Of a stretch of 64,000 bases of DNA, positions 19,332-29,247 are shown in pieces (positions within the stretch are counted from its first letter, which is position 1; each line of letters begins with the position of its first letter). Under the pieces are notes generated by a model. That model saw only the letters and a program-made list of their open reading frames with translations, made no database searches and was not told the origin of the DNA. A program made the position numbers and the translations under genes. This stretch comes from Bacteroidales bacterium (GTDB taxonomy: Bacteria; Bacteroidota; Bacteroidia; Bacteroidales; GCA-2748055), in the NCBI GenBank assembly GCA_038316435.1, contig JBBQAQ010000003.1, positions 94,134-158,133 of the forward strand. Direction: 5' to 3'.

Positions 19332-22300
19332 ATGTCAAAAGCAAAATCTAATTTCATAGTTGGTAGCATTCTGATGGTAGCAATATTAATATTGCTTTCC
19401 GGATGTTCTAAAAAGAAAGAAAAAGTTCAATTCATCACTCCGGCTTATAATCCTGAAATTGCTGCATTCACTTCGGGAATAATCCCATCAGAATCAGTGA
19501 TTCGGGTTAAACTCACTTCAGATTATGCTAAAGAATTCAATCCTGAGCAAGCTATTAATTTAAGTCTCTTTGATTTTAAACCTAGTATACAAGGAAGCAC
19601 CTACATTACCGATGCAAGAACAATTGAATTTCGCCCGGAAAATAAGATGCCGTCTGGCCAAACGTATAAAGCCGTTTTCAAGACATCAAAACTTTTGCCT
19701 GACAAAAAAGGAGTAAAAAGCTTTGAATTTCAATTCAGTATTATTCAACTAGATATCGCTTTGGATTTTTCAGGACTAAGATCTCAAAGCAGTAAAGATC
19801 TTATCTGGAATGAAATAAAAGGATCACTAATAACCACAGATAAAGTTTTAAGTGCCGATATAGAAAAAATTGTTTTGGCAGTACAAAATAGCCAAAATTT
19901 ACCTTTCATCTGGAAACATGATCCAAACGGACTAATTCATGAATTCACAATTGATAGTGTCCGTCGCACCGAAAAAAGAGAGACTGTTGACATAAGCTGG
20001 GATGCAGGTTCTCTTAAATCAAAGGCCAAAGGATCAAGAAAATATGAGATTCCTGCATTGAATGAGTTTACCCTTTTAGAAACTAAAATTATTCAGCAGC
20101 CTGAGCAATACATTCAAATATTATTTTCAGACCCAATTAAAACAGACCAATATTTAAATGGCCTAATTAGTCTGAGTAATAATGTAGGTTTAAGGTTTGC
20201 TGTTGATAATAATATGGTCAGGGCATATCCTGAAATCCGGCAAAGCGGAACCCTGGATTTGAATATACTATCTGGAATAAAGAATATTTTAGGCTTTAGT
20301 TATCTGGGATCCCAGGTAATTTCAGTAAATTTTGAAGAATTGAAACCTTCTATCCGTTTAATTGGACAAGGAGTAATTATGCCTCAATCAGAAGGATTAA
20401 TATTTCCTTTTGAGGCTGTTAATTTAAAAGCAGTGGATGTAAAAATAATTCGCATATATGAGAATAATGTAACTCAATTCCTGCAAATCAATGATCTGGA
20501 TGGTAATGATGAAATGAAACGAGCCGGTCGGCTTGTTGCAAAGAAAACTATTTCACTGAATTCGGATCGATCAATAAATTTCGGTGAGTGGAATGCTTTT
20601 GCTATCGACCTTTCAGACCTTATAAAATCAGAGCCCGGAGCAATTTACCGCGTAGAACTTGGATTTCGCAAAAAACACTCCCTTTACAAATGCAGTGATA
20701 GTGAAGACATGAGTTATGAAACATTGACTGATCCTAATAACAATGAGAATATAATTACAGGAAACGATTTATCATACTGGGATGCACAAAACGGGTATTA
20801 CAGTTATGAGAATTACGATGGTGAGTATGATTATGAATACAATTGGGATGAGAGAGATAATCCTTGTTCAGATTCATATTTCAACCAAAGTAGAAGTGTT
20901 TCCAGAAATATTCTCGCCTCAAATCTTGGAATAATTGCGAAGAAAGGATCCGATAACTCATTTTTATTTGCTGTAACAGACCTAGTTAGCTCTGAGCCAA
21001 TAAGTGGAGTAAATTTGGAATTATTCAATTTTCAACAACAAACGATTTCTTCATGCGAAACAGATAAGGAAGGTTTTGCCAGTGTTAAAACAGACCAACA
21101 AGCTTTTTTACTTGTAGCTAAGAAGGATAGTCAGAGAGGGTATCTCAAACTTTTTAATGGCGCTTCTTTGTCATATAGTCAATTTGATGTTTCAGGTAGT
21201 CCAGTTGATAAAGGTATTAAAGCATTTTTTTATGGCGAAAGAGGTGTTTGGCGCCCAGGGGATACATTATTTCTAAATTTAATTCTTGAGGATAATGATA
21301 AGGTTTTACCAGAAGGTCATCCTGTTATTTTTGAATTATTCGATGCTCGTGGGAAAATATATAAAAAGATAACATTGACAGAAGGATTAAATGGATTCTA
21401 TTCCTATAAAGTAGCAACTAGTTCAGACGCCCCTACTGGAAATTGGAGGTTAGATGCTATTGTTGGAGGGTTGACTTTCAGCCATGGGATTAAAATAGAG
21501 ACTGTGAAGCCAAATCGCCTGAAAATTAAACTTGAGTTTCCTGATAATGAGCTTCATGCGGATAATGCTTCAAATAAAGCCCGAATGATTGTTTCATGGT
21601 TGCATGGTTCTCCTGCTTCTTTTTTGGAAGCAAAAGTCGCCGTTAATTTTTCAGTAATGGACACCAGATTTAATGGTTTTGATGACTATGTGTTTACAGA
21701 TCCCTCAAAAATATTTTACCCGAGTGAACGTGAGATTTTCGAAGGAACCCTTAATGAAAATGGTGAGACAAGCTTTACCCCGGAGTTTTTTGTAAAAGGC
21801 ACAAGTCCCGGCAAACTTCGGGCAACATTCACTAGCAGGAGTTTTGAAAAAGGGGGTGACTTCAGCATTGATCAATTTTCAATTGCTTACTCCCCCTATA
21901 ATAATTATCTAGGATTAAAAATTCCCAAAGGTGATAACTATGGAATGCTTTCAACGGACACCTTGCAAGTTTTTGATATCGTAAGTTTAGATGACCATGG
22001 ACAAACAGTTGATATTGAAGGCCTTGAAGTGAGTGTGTTTAAACTTGATTGGCGCTGGTGGTGGCACTCTTCAGGAGAGAATTTAGCTTCATATACTGGA
22101 AGCTCTTATCGCGAACCAGTTTTCCAAAAAATTGTAAATACAAAATCTGGAAAAGCAAAATTTTCATTCAAGATAGGTACCCCGGATTGGGGGCGCTTTC
22201 TAATTAGAGTAAATGATCCTTTAGGACTTCATTCTACTGGTAAGATAGTGTATTTTGACAGTCCGGAATGGATGAGCAGAAGTTCACAAAACAATCCAGA

Positions 22301-24935
22301 GGCGGCCAGTATTATTATTCTTAGTTCAGATAAGGCTAAATATAATGTAGGTGAAACGGTTACTATAAATATTCCATCTGGAAAGTCTGGTAGAATATTA
22401 ATAAGCATTGAAAATGGAAGCAGAGTAATTGAACATTACTGGTTGCCTTCGAAAGGACAGCTTTCCACTTTTAGTTTCACTTTAACTCCGGAGATGACTC
22501 CAAATATTTATGTAAATGTTAGTTTGATTCAACAACATGCCCAAACCCAAAATGATCTTCCCATAAGGATGTATGGAGTAATCCCCATATTTGTTGAGAA
22601 CAAGGAGAGCCACCTTGAACCAGAGATTAGTATGCCGGATATTTTACGACCAGAAACTGAGGTAATTGTTCGGGTAAGCGAAAAAAACAAAAAAAGCATG
22701 ACATATACCCTTGCAATTGTTGATGAAGGATTGCTAGACCTGACTCGATTTAAAACACCTGATGCGTGGCAATTTTTTTATGCCAGAGAAGCCCTTGGTG
22801 TAAAAACTTTTGATATTTATGATTGGGTAATCGGAGCATACGGAGGCAGAATTGACGGAGTATTCAGTATTGGTGGAGGCGAAGACAGTGATGGGGCAAA
22901 GTCACAGACCAAAGCTAATCGATTTCCTCCAATGGTAAAATTTATTGGCCCTTTCGAACTCTCTGCCGGAGCAGTAAATTCTCATAAAATTACAATTCCC
23001 AATTACATTGGTTCAGTAAAAACTATGGTTGTAGCCGGGCAATCTGGGGCATACGGAAAAGCTGAAAAAATCTGCCCTGTAAGAAAACCACTGATGGTAC
23101 TGACTACTTTACCAAGAGTATTAGGGCCTGGTGAAACGGTCAGTATTCCGGTGACTGTTTTTGCAATGGAAGAACAGATTAAAAAAGTTAAAATTAAACT
23201 TGAGCTGAATGGTATATTTGAAACTGATGAAACTGAAAAAATAGTTGAATTCACAAGCCTAGGGGATAAAACAATCGACTTTAAAGTTAGAGTTAAATCA
23301 CAAACTGGTATAGGGAAAGTGAACATTATTGCAAGCTCAGGAAAAGAAGAGTCCAGAAGCGAAACAGAACTTGAGGTACGATCACCAAATCCTGAAATTA
23401 CTGAACAATATTATGGGGTTATAAATCCAGGTGAGGCATGGGAAAAACAGTTTGTTTCACCTGGTATTTCGGGAAGCAACAAGGCCGAACTGGAAGTATC
23501 TTCTCTACCCCCGGTAGATTTTGGAAGAAGGCTCAAATACCTTCTAAACTATCCTTATGGTTGTATGGAACAAGTAACTTCGGCTGTTTTCCCTCAATTA
23601 TTCCTTTCTGATGTAATGGACGTCGATCAGTATACAAAGGAATTTACTGACAAAAACGTTAAAGCAGGTATTCAGAAGATTCAGAGTTTTCAGTTATCAA
23701 GCGGGGGACTTGGTTTATGGCCGAATTCAACTTCTGAAAATGACTGGGGAACGAGTTATGCAGGACATTTCATGCTTGAGGCTCAGAAAAAAGGATATAC
23801 CGTATCCAAAGACTGGTTAAAGAAATGGATCACGTACCAAAAACGGATTGCACGATCATGGAGTGGAAGTCGTTATGAAACCAAATGGGAACAAAAATCC
23901 ATGGAACTTTGTCAGACCTACCGACTATATACCCTTGCTTTGGCAGGAGAACCTGAGTTAGGTGCAATGAATCGATTAAGGGAACAAGCGAATTTAGATG
24001 TTTCAGCCAGTTGGCAACTTGCTACAGCTTATGCTCTGGCCGGGCAACAAAAGACTGCTGATGAACTTGTAAAAACACTTACGACTAACATACCAGTGTA
24101 TAATGATACTTATTACACTTACGGATCTGAGTTGAGAGACAAAGGGTTCATTTTACAAACACTTACTTTATTAAACAGAAAAGAAGAGGCTATTCCTTTG
24201 ATGCAATACATTTCAGAAAAGCTAAGTAGTGAAGGTTGGTATAGTACACAAACAACGGCTGTTTGTCTAATGGCCGTTTCCCAGTATGCCGGACCAGAAA
24301 TGGTTTCGAAAAGCCTAAGCTATGACTTTAGCATCAATGGAAGCGAAATGAAACATGCTGCTTCAAATAGCTCCTACTCACAAATTCCAATTAAATTGGC
24401 AAAGTCAGAAGGAGGTAAAGTTGGCGTTAAAAATTCCGGGAATGGAATTTTATTTATCAGGCTTTCAGTGCATGGCGTTCCATTAGCTGGAAAAGAAAAG
24501 AGTGTTTCACAAAACCTAAGTATGCAAATAGTATATAAAAGTATGAACGGGAATTTAATAGATGTCAGCAGTCTGGAACAGGGAACCGACTTTCTTGCTG
24601 AAGTAAGAATCTATAATCCGGGAACTTTTGGTACTTACCAAAATCTTGCATTAACTCAGATATTTCCATCTGGATGGGAGATTCAGAACCAGCGACTTTT
24701 TGAAACCAATTTAGGAATAAACAGTGTTCCTGATTATCAGGATATTAGGGATGATAGGATTTATACCTTTTTTAGTCTTTCTAGTAATAGTTATAATAAC
24801 TATACTGTTAAACTCACCGCTGCGTATAAAGGTCGGTTTTATCTTCCCGGGATTTTGTGTGAAGAGATGTACCGGGGTGATGTCAGGGTTGTAGAAACAG
24901 GAAAATGGGTTGAAGTGAAAGGAAACGAGAAATAG
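19332..24935 (+). CDS. alpha-2-macroglobulin family lipoprotein (thioester-containing)
   Basis: 1867 aa. Lipobox ILLSGC. Thioester motif YPYGCMEQ (Cys codon at 23562-23564). Followed by pbpC after a 30-nt gap. Confidence 0.9.
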   Translation: MSKAKSNFIVGSILMVAILILLSGCSKKKEKVQFITPAYNPEIAAFTSGIIPSESVIRVKLTSDYAKEFNPEQAINLSLFDFKPSIQGSTYITDARTIEFRPENKMPSGQTYKAVFKTSKLLPDKKGVKSFEFQFSIIQLDIALDFSGLRSQSSKDLIWNEIKGSLITTDKVLSADIEKIVLAVQNSQNLPFIWKHDPNGLIHEFTIDSVRRTEKRETVDISWDAGSLKSKAKGSRKYEIPALNEFTLLETKIIQQPEQYIQILFSDPIKTDQYLNGLISLSNNVGLRFAVDNNMVRAYPEIRQSGTLDLNILSGIKNILGFSYLGSQVISVNFEELKPSIRLIGQGVIMPQSEGLIFPFEAVNLKAVDVKIIRIYENNVTQFLQINDLDGNDEMKRAGRLVAKKTISLNSDRSINFGEWNAFAIDLSDLIKSEPGAIYRVELGFRKKHSLYKCSDSEDMSYETLTDPNNNENIITGNDLSYWDAQNGYYSYENYDGEYDYEYNWDERDNPCSDSYFNQSRSVSRNILASNLGIIAKKGSDNSFLFAVTDLVSSEPISGVNLELFNFQQQTISSCETDKEGFASVKTDQQAFLLVAKKDSQRGYLKLFNGASLSYSQFDVSGSPVDKGIKAFFYGERGVWRPGDTLFLNLILEDNDKVLPEGHPVIFELFDARGKIYKKITLTEGLNGFYSYKVATSSDAPTGNWRLDAIVGGLTFSHGIKIETVKPNRLKIKLEFPDNELHADNASNKARMIVSWLHGSPASFLEAKVAVNFSVMDTRFNGFDDYVFTDPSKIFYPSEREIFEGTLNENGETSFTPEFFVKGTSPGKLRATFTSRSFEKGGDFSIDQFSIAYSPYNNYLGLKIPKGDNYGMLSTDTLQVFDIVSLDDHGQTVDIEGLEVSVFKLDWRWWWHSSGENLASYTGSSYREPVFQKIVNTKSGKAKFSFKIGTPDWGRFLIRVNDPLGLHSTGKIVYFDSPEWMSRSSQNNPEAASIIILSSDKAKYNVGETVTINIPSGKSGRILISIENGSRVIEHYWLPSKGQLSTFSFTLTPEMTPNIYVNVSLIQQHAQTQNDLPIRMYGVIPIFVENKESHLEPEISMPDILRPETEVIVRVSEKNKKSMTYTLAIVDEGLLDLTRFKTPDAWQFFYAREALGVKTFDIYDWVIGAYGGRIDGVFSIGGGEDSDGAKSQTKANRFPPMVKFIGPFELSAGAVNSHKITIPNYIGSVKTMVVAGQSGAYGKAEKICPVRKPLMVLTTLPRVLGPGETVSIPVTVFAMEEQIKKVKIKLELNGIFETDETEKIVEFTSLGDKTIDFKVRVKSQTGIGKVNIIASSGKEESRSETELEVRSPNPEITEQYYGVINPGEAWEKQFVSPGISGSNKAELEVSSLPPVDFGRRLKYLLNYPYGCMEQVTSAVFPQLFLSDVMDVDQYTKEFTDKNVKAGIQKIQSFQLSSGGLGLWPNSTSENDWGTSYAGHFMLEAQKKGYTVSKDWLKKWITYQKRIARSWSGSRYETKWEQKSMELCQTYRLYTLALAGEPELGAMNRLREQANLDVSASWQLATAYALAGQQKTADELVKTLTTNIPVYNDTYYTYGSELRDKGFILQTLTLLNRKEEAIPLMQYISEKLSSEGWYSTQTTAVCLMAVSQYAGPEMVSKSLSYDFSINGSEMKHAASNSSYSQIPIKLAKSEGGKVGVKNSGNGILFIRLSVHGVPLAGKEKSVSQNLSMQIVYKSMNGNLIDVSSLEQGTDFLAEVRIYNPGTFGTYQNLALTQIFPSGWEIQNQRLFETNLGINSVPDYQDIRDDRIYTFFSLSSNSYNNYTVKLTAAYKGRFYLPGILCEEMYRGDVRVVETGKWVEVKGNEK

Positions 24936-24965
24936 AAATTAATTTTATTTGATGGGTTCGAGTTT

Positions 24966-27323
24966 ATGAATAAATACTGGTTTTTGTTTGCATCATTTCT
25001 GGTTATGGTATTTGGTCTGGGATTTTGGTTTTGTTTACCCAGACCCTTGTTTTCAGATCCTTTTTGCACTGTAATCACTGATAGTAAGTTTGAAATGCTG
25101 GGAGCCAGGATAGCTGATGACGGACAATGGCGGTTTCCTGCAGGAGATAGCATTCCATTAAAGTACAAAAAATCACTTATACTTTTTGAAGACAAATATT
25201 TCTACAAACATCCAGGTATAAATCCCGTTTCTATTTTTAAGGCAATAGAGAGAAATATCAAAGCCGGTAAAATAATCAGTGGTGGCAGTACGATTTCTAT
25301 GCAAGTAATTCGTTTGTCAAGAAAGGGTAAGCCAAGAAATATTTATCAGAAGTTAGTAGAAATCATTTTGGCAGTAAGATTGGAATTGTCATTTACAAAG
25401 GAGGAAATTCTACTATTATATTCGTCGCATGCTCCCTTTGGTGGAAATGTTGTAGGCTTGGAGGCAGCATCTTGGCGGTATTTTGGAAGAAATCCAAATA
25501 CGCTTTCCTGGTCTGAGGCAGCTGTAATCGCTGTTTTACCGAATTCACCTTCGCTTGTTCATCCAGGTAAAAACAGGGAGAGATTAAAAATAAAAAGGAA
25601 CCGCCTTCTTACGAAACTTTATATGTCTGGGGAAATTGATAGCCTTAGTTTTCATCTTGCTTTGGCAGAATCCTTACCGGAAAAACCGTTTCCTCTACCC
25701 CGTTTAGCTCCGCATTTGCTTGACAGGTTTTATATAGAAAACAAAGGAAACAGAGTCAGAACAAGTATCAACAAAAATTTGCAGGAGAAAGTTGAACGGC
25801 TCATGTCGGTTCAGAAAGAGCGCCTTTACAGTAATGATATCCATAATGCAGCGTGCCTGATCATAGATATAAAAAATGAATCTGTTCTCACCTATTATGG
25901 AAACATACAAAATATTGAGCATCCTGAATATGGAGGAGAGGTTGATGTTATTCATTCACCCCGTAGTTCAGGAAGCATTTTAAAGCCCTTTTTGTTTGCT
26001 GAAATGATTCAGCGGGGAGTTATTCTTCCAGCGATGCTTATTGCTGATATACCTACTTTTTACGGGAATTTTAGCCCAAAAAATAATACGAGAGAATATG
26101 ATGGAGTTGTGCCAGCAAGAATGGCATTAAGCCGTTCATTAAATATTCCTGCAGTAAGGATGTTGCGATTATATGGAGTCGAAAGGTTTAGTGATGATCT
26201 TAAAGCATTAGGTATTAACACCTTATCACATTCTTCGGGACGTTACGGTTTAAGCCTTATTTTAGGTGGTGCTGAAACAAGTTTATGGGATCTTGCCGGG
26301 GTATTTTCAGGGTTTGCCCGAATCCTGAATGATTATAATGAAAACAATGGTTGTTATTTCGAGGGAGCATTGAATAAACCAGCCTTAATTTTTTCAGATA
26401 ATACCAGCCAAGCAAGCAGAAATAAACAAGAACAGGGAATTATAGGAGCAGGTGCTGTTTACCTCACATTTAAAGCTCTAATAGATGTAAACCGCCCTGA
26501 TCAGGAGAGTGGATGGGAAAGTTTTGCATCAACCCGTAAAATAGCATGGAAAACAGGTACTAGTTTCGGATTCCGCGATAGTTGGGCGATTGGCGTAACA
26601 CCAGAATATGCTGTTGCAGTATGGTCTGGTAATGCAACCGGAGAAGGCAGTCCCGGGTTAACTGGAATAAACGCATCTGCCCCAATTCTTTTTGAACTAT
26701 TCAACCTGCTTCCCGCAACAAGCTGGTTTAAGGTACCTTATGACGATTTATTACAAGTTAAAATTTGTTTAAAAAGCGGGCATTTGGCTGGCCAGGCATG
26801 TGTTGAAACAGATTCAGCATGGGTTCCTGAGGCGGGCTTACAAACCACTGTATGTCCGTATCATAAATTGATTCATCTGGATCATGAGAAAAAACAGAGA
26901 GTAAGCAGCGATTGTTATCCTGTTGAAAACATGGTGCATGAATCCTGGTTTGTTTTACCCCCTGTTCAAGAATGGTACTTCCGTCAGAAAAATCCATGGT
27001 ACAAAGAACTTCCTCCCTATAAAACTGGCTGTGAGGAGAGAAATGAGATTTCACAGATGCAAATGATTTATCCTGAAATAGGAACCATTGTATATGTACC
27101 TTATGAACTGGATGGATCAAGAGGGAGACTTGTCTGTGAAGCTGTGCATAGAAATCCCGGAAGTGAAATTTTCTGGCATATTGATGATCAATACCTTGGA
27201 AAAACAAAAGGACGGCATCAAATGGCCATTATTCCGGAAAAGGGAAAACATGTTATAAGGTTGATTGATTCAGATGGTGTCAGAATAAGTGTGGAGTTTG
27301 AGGCAATAGACCGAGGAAAATGA
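24966..27323 (+). CDS. pbpC: penicillin-binding protein 1C
   Basis: Glycosyltransferase motifs EDKYFYKHPGINP and GGSTISMQ, transpeptidase SxxK (SILK), and a C-terminal PBP1C-type extension; 785 aa. Confidence 0.9.
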   Translation: MNKYWFLFASFLVMVFGLGFWFCLPRPLFSDPFCTVITDSKFEMLGARIADDGQWRFPAGDSIPLKYKKSLILFEDKYFYKHPGINPVSIFKAIERNIKAGKIISGGSTISMQVIRLSRKGKPRNIYQKLVEIILAVRLELSFTKEEILLLYSSHAPFGGNVVGLEAASWRYFGRNPNTLSWSEAAVIAVLPNSPSLVHPGKNRERLKIKRNRLLTKLYMSGEIDSLSFHLALAESLPEKPFPLPRLAPHLLDRFYIENKGNRVRTSINKNLQEKVERLMSVQKERLYSNDIHNAACLIIDIKNESVLTYYGNIQNIEHPEYGGEVDVIHSPRSSGSILKPFLFAEMIQRGVILPAMLIADIPTFYGNFSPKNNTREYDGVVPARMALSRSLNIPAVRMLRLYGVERFSDDLKALGINTLSHSSGRYGLSLILGGAETSLWDLAGVFSGFARILNDYNENNGCYFEGALNKPALIFSDNTSQASRNKQEQGIIGAGAVYLTFKALIDVNRPDQESGWESFASTRKIAWKTGTSFGFRDSWAIGVTPEYAVAVWSGNATGEGSPGLTGINASAPILFELFNLLPATSWFKVPYDDLLQVKICLKSGHLAGQACVETDSAWVPEAGLQTTVCPYHKLIHLDHEKKQRVSSDCYPVENMVHESWFVLPPVQEWYFRQKNPWYKELPPYKTGCEERNEISQMQMIYPEIGTIVYVPYELDGSRGRLVCEAVHRNPGSEIFWHIDDQYLGKTKGRHQMAIIPEKGKHVIRLIDSDGVRISVEFEAIDRGK

Positions 27324-27399
27324 ACCAATAATTACCAGGATAATTAAATTCCCAAAAGTTAAATATGTTTAATTTCCAATGTGGGGATTGATTTTGGTA

Positions 27400-27407
27400 T
27401 ATCTTTG
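27400..27407 (+). promoter_or_regulatory. -7 motif TATCTTTG upstream of the S41 peptidase gene
   Basis: TAnnTTTG match 25 nt before the ATG at 27432. Confidence 0.4.
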
Positions 27408-27431
27408 AAACAGTTATAAAATGAATTCATT

Positions 27432-29114
27432 ATGAATAAGAAACTCAACAAAGTCCGTGTTTTTTTCGCCATAGCAGTAATTGGGATTGCAAGCCTTGGA
27501 TTTACTGTCAAAAATAGTGATTTTGAACTGGTTAAAAGTCTGGATATTTTTTATACTCTTTTCCGGGAACTGAATTTGTATTATGTTGATGAGACACAGC
27601 CTGAGAAACTGATTGAAACTGGCATTAATTCCATGTTAAGTTCACTTGACCCTTATACCAGTTATATTCCAGAATCGGAAATGGATGATTTCAACTTTAT
27701 GACTACTGGCGCATATGGCGGAATAGGATCCTTAATAAGAGCGGGTAAAAGTTATGCGATAGTAGCAGAGCCTTATGAAGGTTCTCCGTCAGCAAAGGCA
27801 GGAATGATGGCAGGAGACGAAATAATTTCCGTTGATGGTTTCAACACAAAAGGGAAGGCTCTTTCTGAAGTAAGTGAAAAACTTAAAGGTGTTCCCGGAA
27901 CCGACCTGACTATTGAAATAAAAAGGCAAGGGGAACCAGAGAGTCGAAAATTAAAGATTGTTCGTGAACAGATTCATATTGGAAATGTTTCATATTATGG
28001 GGTTGTTGGAATAAAGACAGGATATATTCGCTTATCAAGTTTTACTGTTGATGCTGGCAAAGAAGTTAAGGACGCACTTCTTGATCTGAAAAATAATTAT
28101 GGCGTTGAAAAATTAATTCTTGATCTAAGAGGTAACCCAGGAGGATTGTTAATTGAAGCGGTTCGAGTATGTAATATTTTCGTGGATAAGGGACAATTAA
28201 TTGTTAGTACGAAGGGAAAAGTGAAGCAATGGGATCAGGAGTATTTCACTACAGCTGATGCTATTGACAGCAAGATCCCAATGGTTGTTTTGGTAAACAG
28301 AGGTTCTGCATCAGCAGCAGAAATTGTTGCCGGGGCTCTTCAGGATGTTGATCGTGCTATAATTCTAGGCGAAAGAACATATGGAAAAGGTTTAGTACAG
28401 ACTACTAGAAAACTTAAATATAATACGCAACTTAAAGTAACAACAGCTAAGTATTATATTCCAAGCGGAAGGTGCATACAAGCACTTGATTATACACACC
28501 GAAATGAGGATGGCAGTGTTGGATACATCCCGGATTCATTGATCACAAAGTTTAAAACCAAAGGTGGGCGTGCTGTTTATGATGGTGGAGGGGTTAAACC
28601 AGATATTTTGGATTCTTTAGATTCTTTCAATCAATTAAGTATGTATTTATATGCAAAAAATTTGATTTTTGATTTTGCAACTGACTACACAGTAAGGCAT
28701 AAAGATCGACCTAAAGTAGTTGGTTTTAAGATTGGTGATGATGAATATTTGAAATTTAAAGAATTTGTTAAAAGCCGCGGATTTGAATATGAGACACAAA
28801 GTGAGAATGAGTTGAAAAAGCTTATATCAATTGCAAAAGCCGAGAAGTATTTTGACGCTGCATCTGAAGAGTTTTCTATTCTTGAAAAAAAGCTTGAACA
28901 TGATGATGACCGGGATCTTAATAACTTTAGAAAGGAGATAGAGGAGCTTATTAATGAGGAAGTTATAAGTAGGTATTACTATCAGAAAGGGAGGATTGGT
29001 TTATCAGTGGAGTCTGATACACAAGTAGAAAAAGCTACAAAGTTCTTAAATGAGTCAGGAGCGATTGATAAAATTTTAGTCAGAACGGAAGAGGATAATA
29101 TTGAAAAGGGATAA
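27432..29114 (+). CDS. S41 family C-terminal processing peptidase
   Basis: N-terminal anchor or signal, PDZ (GDEIISVDG), and catalytic core NRGSASAAEIVAGAL and TYGKGLVQ. Confidence 0.9.
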   Translation: MNKKLNKVRVFFAIAVIGIASLGFTVKNSDFELVKSLDIFYTLFRELNLYYVDETQPEKLIETGINSMLSSLDPYTSYIPESEMDDFNFMTTGAYGGIGSLIRAGKSYAIVAEPYEGSPSAKAGMMAGDEIISVDGFNTKGKALSEVSEKLKGVPGTDLTIEIKRQGEPESRKLKIVREQIHIGNVSYYGVVGIKTGYIRLSSFTVDAGKEVKDALLDLKNNYGVEKLILDLRGNPGGLLIEAVRVCNIFVDKGQLIVSTKGKVKQWDQEYFTTADAIDSKIPMVVLVNRGSASAAEIVAGALQDVDRAIILGERTYGKGLVQTTRKLKYNTQLKVTTAKYYIPSGRCIQALDYTHRNEDGSVGYIPDSLITKFKTKGGRAVYDGGGVKPDILDSLDSFNQLSMYLYAKNLIFDFATDYTVRHKDRPKVVGFKIGDDEYLKFKEFVKSRGFEYETQSENELKKLISIAKAEKYFDAASEEFSILEKKLEHDDDRDLNNFRKEIEELINEEVISRYYYQKGRIGLSVESDTQVEKATKFLNESGAIDKILVRTEEDNIEKG

Positions 29115-29247
29115 GCTGTAATTATTCATACATCGGCTTGCCCCAATAAAATTGGGCTATCATAGTGCAAAATATTTGGATATGTCTTTTAGCAATTTGA
29201 TGATTTGAATTTGGAATTTAGGATTTATGAAGAGAATTCCTAAAATA

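Noticed and set aside
24839-25195. 118-aa minus-strand ORF spanning the A2M/pbpC junction.
   Set aside because: It is antisense to two well-supported genes, and no promoter or motif supports it.
26758-27207. 149-aa minus-strand ORF inside pbpC.
   Set aside because: It is a long shadow ORF in a relatively GC-richer gene. The pbpC frame is continuous and motif-bearing.
29217-29244. 7-bp stem (TTTAGGA / TCCTAAA) just after the polA stop as a terminator.
   Set aside because: The stem is short and AT-rich, the loop is 14 nt, and no U-tract follows on the minus strand.
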